Virus record (IMG/VR): IMGVR_UViG_3300027772_001143
Span: 1 to 31,335 of that record
Direction: 5' to 3' (one strand)
DNA: 31,335 bases
Source of the DNA: a virus
Taxonomy: Duplodnaviria; Caudoviricetes
The notes under the pieces are model-generated. The model was not told where the DNA came from. It saw only the letters and a program-made list of their open reading frames with translations, and ran no database searches. This document shows, piece after piece, positions 24,995 through 31,335 of this stretch. Each line of letters begins with the position of its first letter. Position 1 is the first letter of the stretch. The position numbers were made by a program, and so were the translations under genes.

Positions 24995-26692
24995 TTACAT
25001 TCTTCGGTGGAAATCTTTGAAGTATTCGGAATATGTTTCCCTACCATCGGCAACTTCCCACATATCACCACCTACCATCTCAAAATCATGTTCTAACCCA
25101 TCTTCTATGATAGGTGCCGGTAAAGTATCATCGTCCATTTGATTCATACTTTCCAATTGAATCTGTTTACGAATGTCGTGATTGACAATTTCTTTGAAAT
25201 ATTGTTGAGTTGTGACCCAAGAAAAGATAACCAAAGACATTACCATGTCGTCATTGGCACCTTCTTCAGCTGAAAAAGAATTCCTTTGCTGAATAAAAGT
25301 TGTCAATTCGGAATATGTATCAAAATCGTTAATTAGAAGTTTGTCTCCTTCGATCAAAGTTTTGAGGTTTGAACACCCAATTGCCTTAACCTGAGGTGAC
25401 ATTTTCAGGCCCATCTGAATACCACGGGCAAAACCAGCCGATAATTGTTGTGGTTTTTTATTGCCTGTGAAGATTTTCCATAGGTTCTCATACTCAAAGT
25501 CAGTATGTAATGAGTCTGCAACTTGAGGATTGTTGTTAATTTCTACCAGAATATACGCATCATTGTAATATCTGGCGGTATTATAGATGACTGTAGGGAA
25601 AAGAATAGGTGTAATTGACGAGCTCTTATAGGTGGCCACTTGTTTATATGGTGTCTGTGAGATATCAATAACGGAAATTGCAGAACAATCCAAATTCTTA
25701 CCTTCAGAAACATCAACTGTTAAACAATATAGGTGGTCAGATTTGGCTTCATTGACACCTTCTTTGACTGGATGTTCATATATTTTCAGTAAATCATGTT
25801 GAGTCACAGGGTCGTTGTAGACCAGCTGCTGCAATTTGTAACCAGAAATAAGGGTATTGGATGAACCCAAAAACTCAGTTTCAAACTCCTGTGAGAACTG
25901 ACGTTGAGAAGTATTGCGGATTGTTTCTTCTTTCCATTTTTCATCACGGCCAGGTACGTGTGACCAATGGATTTCAAAGTTAACATAGTTATTTTTCTTG
26001 TTAATTGAATCCATCCACAACTTGTAGAATAGATTCATACCATTAGGAGTAGAAACAATAATAATCTTTGTCTTTTTACCTGATGAAATTACAGGGTAAA
26101 CAGAGTTAAAGAACTCTTCCGCAATGTTTGTTGGAACGAAAGCGAATTCATCTAAGAATACAATGTTAAAAGAACCACCACGAATGGCGGAACTAGATGT
26201 AGACGCTGCGATAATCTTAGACCCGTTCTCCAGTTCTACGTTACCTTTATTCCAGGTAACCACGCCTTGTTGAAGCCACATTGGTAGATTTTCATATGCC
26301 AACTGGTATTTGGCAAGAATATCACGAGCAAGAGAACCTTTATTTGCCAAGACGGCACAGTTCTGACTGTCTTTGAAGATTGTTTCCCATAACATATATG
26401 CCACAGCTGTAGTGGTTTTGCCAACCTGTCTAGGACATTTTGTGATAACGAAACGATTGCTGGCAAAGAGCTTTAACATTTGCTCTTGAAACTTCCACAT
26501 TGCAAAATTTATTAAACCTTCATCAACGTTAACAATCTTAATATAGTTTTTTGCAAAATAAATTGGGTCTTTAGAACATTTGATGTATTCATCAACCTGT
26601 TCTTGTGTGTATTCTACTTTGACACCAGATTTTTTAAGTAAAGGATTATCCCGATAGGCTTCACCAAATTTCAAATCAACATCAGCAATCAT
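24995..26692 (-). CDS. gp17: Terminase large subunit gp17
   Basis: PRQVGKTT, IVFLDEFAFV, VSTPNG, nuclease motifs DVSEG and DDMVMS. Confidence 0.98.
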   Translation of the reverse strand: MIADVDLKFGEAYRDNPLLKKSGVKVEYTQEQVDEYIKCSKDPIYFAKNYIKIVNVDEGLINFAMWKFQEQMLKLFASNRFVITKCPRQVGKTTTAVAYMLWETIFKDSQNCAVLANKGSLARDILAKYQLAYENLPMWLQQGVVTWNKGNVELENGSKIIAASTSSSAIRGGSFNIVFLDEFAFVPTNIAEEFFNSVYPVISSGKKTKIIIVSTPNGMNLFYKLWMDSINKKNNYVNFEIHWSHVPGRDEKWKEETIRNTSQRQFSQEFETEFLGSSNTLISGYKLQQLVYNDPVTQHDLLKIYEHPVKEGVNEAKSDHLYCLTVDVSEGKNLDCSAISVIDISQTPYKQVATYKSSSITPILFPTVIYNTARYYNDAYILVEINNNPQVADSLHTDFEYENLWKIFTGNKKPQQLSAGFARGIQMGLKMSPQVKAIGCSNLKTLIEGDKLLINDFDTYSELTTFIQQRNSFSAEEGANDDMVMSLVIFSWVTTQQYFKEIVNHDIRKQIQLESMNQMDDDTLPAPIIEDGLEHDFEMVGGDMWEVADGRETYSEYFKDFHRRM

Positions 26693-27102
26693 TCTTTGCC
26701 TTGTAAAATTCTATTCAACTCAGCAGTTGAACCAACAAATATGGCCTTGTCAATTTTGGTGTCACCTTCTTTTTTCTTACCATCCATGTCACGCATTTGT
26801 TTTTGTATACCTAATAGTTCTTTGTTGGCATCTACCATGTTTTTGAGTAAGGTACCATATACTTCAAAGGCTCGTGGGTGTTGACCTGCTTTGGCTACTT
26901 TGAGTATTTCTTCCATGGCTTCTTTACCTTGGTCAATAATCTCTTGCAAGTTTTCTTTTGACTGTTGATATGCATCAGTCAGGTCTTGTTTAATATCAGG
27001 TTCATTATAATTTACTGCAACAACAGCAGAAAGTTTTTTCTTTTCTTCTTCTACTGGTGTCACATCAAATATTTTTTCCATATTCTTGTCAAAAGTGTTC
27101 AT
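26689..27102 (-). CDS. gp16: Terminase small subunit gp16
   Basis: HPRAFEV, AIFVGSTAEL; overlaps the gp17 start. Confidence 0.93.
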   Translation of the reverse strand: MNTFDKNMEKIFDVTPVEEEKKKLSAVVAVNYNEPDIKQDLTDAYQQSKENLQEIIDQGKEAMEEILKVAKAGQHPRAFEVYGTLLKNMVDANKELLGIQKQMRDMDGKKKEGDTKIDKAIFVGSTAELNRILQGKE

Positions 27103-27106
27103 GTTT

Positions 27107-28087
27107 TTATGGGTATTCAGTTATTACCGTGTTAGCTGTGTAAGAAGAAGTTGCATTTGCAGTTAATGGTTTTGGTTTAATATCAATATTTACAAATTTC
27201 ACAGGTGTAATATTGTAAGAAGTAAACTTATAATTTGCTCTGGTATTTACACCATATATTGGCTGAGTTGATATAAAATTACCATTAATATTATTTAGAT
27301 GTAATTTGTTATTTGTCCAAAGAACAACTCTTGCTGTCGCGGTTGATGTTTGTGTTGTATAACCTTGATATACTGTTTCACCAATTTGATATGTTCCGTT
27401 ACCTGATGCTGAATTCATAGAAAATTCAATAATATCTGCATCAGTAATGTTATTGTATATTGATGTAATTGAATGAGTAATAAGTCCAGTGAGTGTGGAT
27501 TTACCAAATATATGACCTTTGACTGTAAAGTTCAAAGTCCAAATAATCATTCTTGGATCTTTTTCACGATTGCCTTCATATGTTATATCAGATACACATG
27601 AGTTTAATACTACAGGAATTTCTTTAATGATTCCCATTTCAGGAACCATATTTAATTTGATGGTATAATCTGGTGTAAAATATGGTATAATGTGTTCCAA
27701 TATTTGTGTACCATCTTCTATGTTACGCACATAAAGATAAAGGTTAAAATCAAAATTGTATGGAACTGGATTGTATTGTGATTTTACTCCAGATGAACTA
27801 GATGCAAAGTTTTTAACATTTGTATTTTGTTTTCTGGAAGAATCATAAGAAAGACCTGTCATTTCAAAAGACAATCTAGGTAGAGTTATTTGAACCTTTT
27901 TGTCTAAGTCCAAATCCTCTTCAAGTCTCATAACATATGACTCTTTGGATGCATAGGCAATAGGCACCATGAATCTTTCCAGTTCTGTTAAGTCTGGTTT
28001 ATATCTGACCAATGTAATGTCATTGAATAGATTACCAAAACCTACTACTAGTTTTCTGATGGTTCTATTGTAATATGGTGTTGACAT
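27107..28087 (-). CDS. gp15: Tail sheath stabilizer / completion protein gp15
   Basis: FGNLFNDI, VPIAY, LPRLSFE, PVPYNFDF, QILEHIIPYFTP. Confidence 0.93.
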   Translation of the reverse strand: MSTPYYNRTIRKLVVGFGNLFNDITLVRYKPDLTELERFMVPIAYASKESYVMRLEEDLDLDKKVQITLPRLSFEMTGLSYDSSRKQNTNVKNFASSSSGVKSQYNPVPYNFDFNLYLYVRNIEDGTQILEHIIPYFTPDYTIKLNMVPEMGIIKEIPVVLNSCVSDITYEGNREKDPRMIIWTLNFTVKGHIFGKSTLTGLITHSITSIYNNITDADIIEFSMNSASGNGTYQIGETVYQGYTTQTSTATARVVLWTNNKLHLNNINGNFISTQPIYGVNTRANYKFTSYNITPVKFVNIDIKPKPLTANATSSYTANTVITEYP

Positions 28088-28968
28088 TAGATTGTTCCAA
28101 ATGGGTTAATTTCAGTGAAATCTATAATGGTATTGGCTTCACCAAAAATATGTTGATTATCATATACTTCATTTCTGGTAGAATCTTCCATTGTATCAAA
28201 GGTCATTAACACATGACTTGCATTACTTGATGTTCCAATTACCAATATATTGTTTATAAACTCACCAACGATATTTGTAACACTCAATGTATTTGATGTG
28301 TTACTCCAGTTTTGTACTGTAGCAGTAACGATTGCATTTGCATATGTGTTATCATTTGATTGAAACACAATTTCTTTTTGTGTATAATTGTTTGCACCTT
28401 GAGCCAATGTCAAGTCAAGTGTATAACTGGATTGTGCAACAACATTATCAATATCTTCCACACCAGTATCAATAATTTCTTGTGAGTATTTGAATTTCTC
28501 CATTTCAAGTTCGTAATAATATGGAATCTTACGACCTAACATGAAGAAGTCTTTTGTTTGGTTCACAAATTTAATTTCAAATAATTCACCAGTACCGTTT
28601 AGAAAAGGTACATATATCAAATCACCTTCACGAGGTCTGGTAAAAACATTTTGTGGTACTCGTTGAGAAAAAGAACGCTTAGAAATAATAACATTAATAT
28701 TGTTTTTAATCTCAAGGCCAAACTTAGAAAAGAACTCTCTTTCGCCACCGTACTCCATAGAACTTGATAGGTAAAATTCTACTGGAAATGCTGAACTAAA
28801 TTTCTTAACCGGATCTTCACCATAAAGAATGTCTCGGTCTTCCTCATTAAATATTGGACAATAATAAGCATCAAAACCCATAATCTTTATGGATTCTGTA
28901 ATCAAGTCCTCTACTACCCGCTGTTCGGCCAGTGAGTTATAATTATTAAAGTACTGATTGGTTGCCAT
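28087..28968 (-). CDS. gp14: Neck protein gp14
   Basis: EDLITESIKIMG, SKFGLEI, RPREGDLIY, C-terminal DFTEINPFG. Confidence 0.94.
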   Translation of the reverse strand: MATNQYFNNYNSLAEQRVVEDLITESIKIMGFDAYYCPIFNEEDRDILYGEDPVKKFSSAFPVEFYLSSSMEYGGEREFFSKFGLEIKNNINVIISKRSFSQRVPQNVFTRPREGDLIYVPFLNGTGELFEIKFVNQTKDFFMLGRKIPYYYELEMEKFKYSQEIIDTGVEDIDNVVAQSSYTLDLTLAQGANNYTQKEIVFQSNDNTYANAIVTATVQNWSNTSNTLSVTNIVGEFINNILVIGTSSNASHVLMTFDTMEDSTRNEVYDNQHIFGEANTIIDFTEINPFGTI

Positions 28969-28969
28969 A

Positions 28970-29743
28970 TTAATTCATTAAGAATTCTAATGGTGCTCCG
29001 TACTTGTCACCAATCTCAGCATGTAAGGCATTAATTTCATTGTCGGCTTCTTGGTAAATCTTATCGCCATTCAATGTAACACCACCTGGCAATTGAATAC
29101 CATTAAACTTTTTAAGGTTATTTCCCCAACTTCTTTTGATAAGTGCCGTGGCATATTCTTTTAACCAACGGTCGTTCCAGGCCTGTGTGTATACGGCCGG
29201 GTCTATGTTTGCATAACACTCTGCAATAACAATTGTACCTGCAGGTGCTTGTGATGAACCCCAAGCCCAATCAATATACAGTCTCTGCATATGTCTTTGA
29301 AATCTAATTGGTACTTCACCTGTAAATTGTTGTTCTAACATTCTCAAGTGTTGATGAGTCATGGTGTAATTGATGTATGATGCCGATGTGAAATCATACA
29401 ATTCATTCAAACGAAGTTGGTATCTAAGGTCAAACATACTAATGGATGCCTGAGAATCATACAGTGGAAATATTCTAGTAACACCAACAATTTGCAATGC
29501 ATTATTTGAAGCATCTGTCGCAGCCGAAACATTCAAATATCTTTGGTTCACATCAGTTGATGTTACTGCTTTAATGTAATAAACTTTTTGTAGACCATCA
29601 AAGTGATAATCTTGCCAGTACTGTAGTGCATCATCAATGCGGTCTTCCACCTGGTCGTCATCAACGTTGATTTCAATTACAGGAAATCCTAGTCTGCGTA
29701 AGCAGTAATCTTTAAATGCGGTTCTTGATGTTATTGCGGCCAT
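28970..29743 (-). CDS. gp13: Neck protein gp13
   Basis: YCLRRLGFPVIEINV, DYHFDG, WLKEYATALIK..WG.NL.KF.GIQLPGGVTLNG. Confidence 0.95.
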   Translation of the reverse strand: MAAITSRTAFKDYCLRRLGFPVIEINVDDDQVEDRIDDALQYWQDYHFDGLQKVYYIKAVTSTDVNQRYLNVSAATDASNNALQIVGVTRIFPLYDSQASISMFDLRYQLRLNELYDFTSASYINYTMTHQHLRMLEQQFTGEVPIRFQRHMQRLYIDWAWGSSQAPAGTIVIAECYANIDPAVYTQAWNDRWLKEYATALIKRSWGNNLKKFNGIQLPGGVTLNGDKIYQEADNEINALHAEIGDKYGAPLEFLMN

Positions 29744-29764
29744 TTATTTTCCTCTCTATTGAGG

Positions 29765-29772
29765 TATTTATA
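29765..29772 (-). promoter_or_regulatory. Late promoter TATAAATA for gp13
   Basis: Exact consensus about 22 nt upstream of the gp13 start. Confidence 0.85.
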
Positions 29773-29779
29773 TCTTATA

Positions 29780-30682
29780 TTACCAACTAATAATATAACA
29801 ATAACCAGATCCACCTGGACCACTAGCTGTAATGCTGGTAAATGCGGTTGATGTTCCTCCGCTGCCGCCGCCGCCAGCTCCAAGATTGCCGGCGCCACCA
29901 ATACCAGCGGCACCGGTTGATGTTGCACCACCACCTCCGGTTCCTCCTTGTGCATAATGCCACCACGAGCTCGGTAAGTTTCCGGGTGGTGCAATACCTC
30001 CAACACCTTCAATGCCACCTGAATTTTGATTTGCAGAAAAATATCTGGACGGCCGATTCAGTGTTATTGCAGGTTGAAATCCACCTCTAACGCCAGTCGA
30101 TGTGTTGGTTGCACCGGCGCCGGCAGCTCCTCCTAAATGCATATTGCCATTGCTTGGAACGGTCTGATTTGCACCAGACGCGGCACCGGTATTACCAGCA
30201 ATACTATTCCAAAGTCCTCTACTGGCCATGGGCATCTGGACAATAGTGGCTGCGGTTCCCGCTGTTTGACCGACAGCTCCATTTGCTGATGCCACTAATA
30301 TTTGTGATCGTAACCATGCCGCCGGTGGTGCTGCACCACCACCAGACACAAATGGTTCCACAGCAACATATGTGGGTTGTCCAGGGTCACTTGTTACAGT
30401 GCCTAATCCACCACGTCCAGTCCATACATACAATATATCTGGAATCATCATTGCAGGTATTAGAACAGTTGTTTGTGCTCCCGTACCACCAGCTAACGCA
30501 CCCGCGGACACGCCCGAAAAAGCTCCAGATCCACCGCCGCCTACAGCAAAAATAAAAACCATTTTTGTGCCCCTTGGTTTTACCCAAGTGTGCCAACGTG
30601 TTGCAGCAACTGCTGATGATTCTGCATTTACAAACAGTTGAATGTTTGCGCCGGGTGGTGGTAAATGACTGAAATCTAACAT
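29780..30682 (-). CDS. Glycine-rich protein (putative virion or fibre-associated)
   Basis: Start moved to ATG 30682 (MLDFSHLP, 300 aa), just after the upstream stop. TWVKPRG..MVFIFAVGGGGSG start and GPGGSGYCYIISW end. Confidence 0.75.
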   Translation of the reverse strand: MLDFSHLPPPGANIQLFVNAESSAVAATRWHTWVKPRGTKMVFIFAVGGGGSGAFSGVSAGALAGGTGAQTTVLIPAMMIPDILYVWTGRGGLGTVTSDPGQPTYVAVEPFVSGGGAAPPAAWLRSQILVASANGAVGQTAGTAATIVQMPMASRGLWNSIAGNTGAASGANQTVPSNGNMHLGGAAGAGATNTSTGVRGGFQPAITLNRPSRYFSANQNSGGIEGVGGIAPPGNLPSSWWHYAQGGTGGGGATSTGAAGIGGAGNLGAGGGGSGGTSTAFTSITASGPGGSGYCYIISW

Positions 30683-30684
30683 AT

Positions 30685-31335
30685 TTAAAAACTTATTATG
30701 ATTGCAAAACCTGGACCACCAGCACCTGAAGGTGCCAAGGTGCTCATCGTGGTCGTCAATCCACCTGAACCGCCGCCGCCGCATCCGGGAGCTCCGGCAC
30801 CACCAGCTCCAGCCATGCCCGCGGCACCACCACCAGCTGGTGTGCCTGATCCTCCGCCGCCTTGGCCTCCTCTATTCATAATAAATCCTTGTCCTGATGA
30901 AAAAATATTATTGAGTTGGTTCCAGCCATCTTGGCCACGTTGTGTCGGCGTTGCGGGCAAGATTCCGGGTATATATACACTATTACCATATGGCGCAAAA
31001 TCCGGTGCATTATTGGCGCCAGGTCCAATGAAACCACCGCCGTAGTATGCGGTAGTATTACCACCACCACCACCGCCAGTGCCGCCAGTCACACATAATC
31101 CATCTGATGGATATAATTGATTGATACCATGTCCGAGGCCCGAAGAGCCGTTGTTGCCGCCGTTGGTGCCGCTTTGGCCAGCAAAAAATGAAAACAATCC
31201 TCGACCCGACGGTACACTGTTGGCAATCTGAGAAATTGAAGCTCCTGTGCCGCCGACTCCGCCGGTGCTGACGACTGTTGGTGAAACGCCGCCGCTGCCG
31301 CCATAGGCAAAACAAAAACTTACTTGCTGTTGCAC
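30685..31335 (-). CDS. Glycine-rich protein, paralog of the downstream gene; 5' end lies outside the window
   Basis: Frame open to the window edge; GGGGSGG runs; ends GAGGPGFAIIISF. Confidence 0.75.
   Translation of the reverse strand: MQQQVSFCFAYGGSGGVSPTVVSTGGVGGTGASISQIANSVPSGRGLFSFFAGQSGTNGGNNGSSGLGHGINQLYPSDGLCVTGGTGGGGGGNTTAYYGGGFIGPGANNAPDFAPYGNSVYIPGILPATPTQRGQDGWNQLNNIFSSGQGFIMNRGGQGGGGSGTPAGGGAAGMAGAGGAGAPGCGGGGSGGLTTTMSTLAPSGAGGPGFAIIISF

Noticed and set aside
204-31310. Numerous plus-strand and nested alternative-frame ORFs in the ORF track
   Set aside because: They are shadows of well-supported minus-strand genes and have no recognisable motifs.
1-31335. Stop-codon reassignment, introns or inteins in core genes, CRISPR arrays, DGR
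   Set aside because: Core genes translate full length in the standard bacterial code without large insertions. I saw no repeat-spacer array, reverse transcriptase or template/variable repeat pair.

Overview
A 31.3 kb segment of a T4-like myovirus genome whose gene order resembles that of aquatic T4-likes. All supported genes lie on the minus strand. In transcription order (right to left): two paralogous Gly-rich proteins; the virion module gp13-14-15-16-17-18-19-20, a gp67-like gene, an unknown gene, then gp21-22-23-gp3; uvsY, uvsW, an unknown gene and gp55; a TagD-like cytidylyltransferase; gp47-gp46; an accessory block (peptide deformylase, DUF4338/DruA-like, ParB-like, HTH, GT-A glycosyltransferase-like, DUF5664-like dNTP diphosphohydrolase); gp45; a second insert (FlbD-like, DsbA, unknown, 2OG-Fe(II) oxygenase); gp44-gp62-regA; a DUF401-like membrane transporter; and hsp20. 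T4-type late promoters (TATAAATA and variants), sigma70 promoters and terminators are visible. The most interesting signals are a multi-hairpin hsp20 leader ending in a ROSE-thermometer-like UUGCU/AGGAG hairpin, a near-consensus antisense sigma70 promoter just upstream of gp55, and a candidate DNA or nucleotide modification cluster between gp46 and gp45. All protein family calls come from motif recognition by eye, not database searches. The host cannot be determined from this window.
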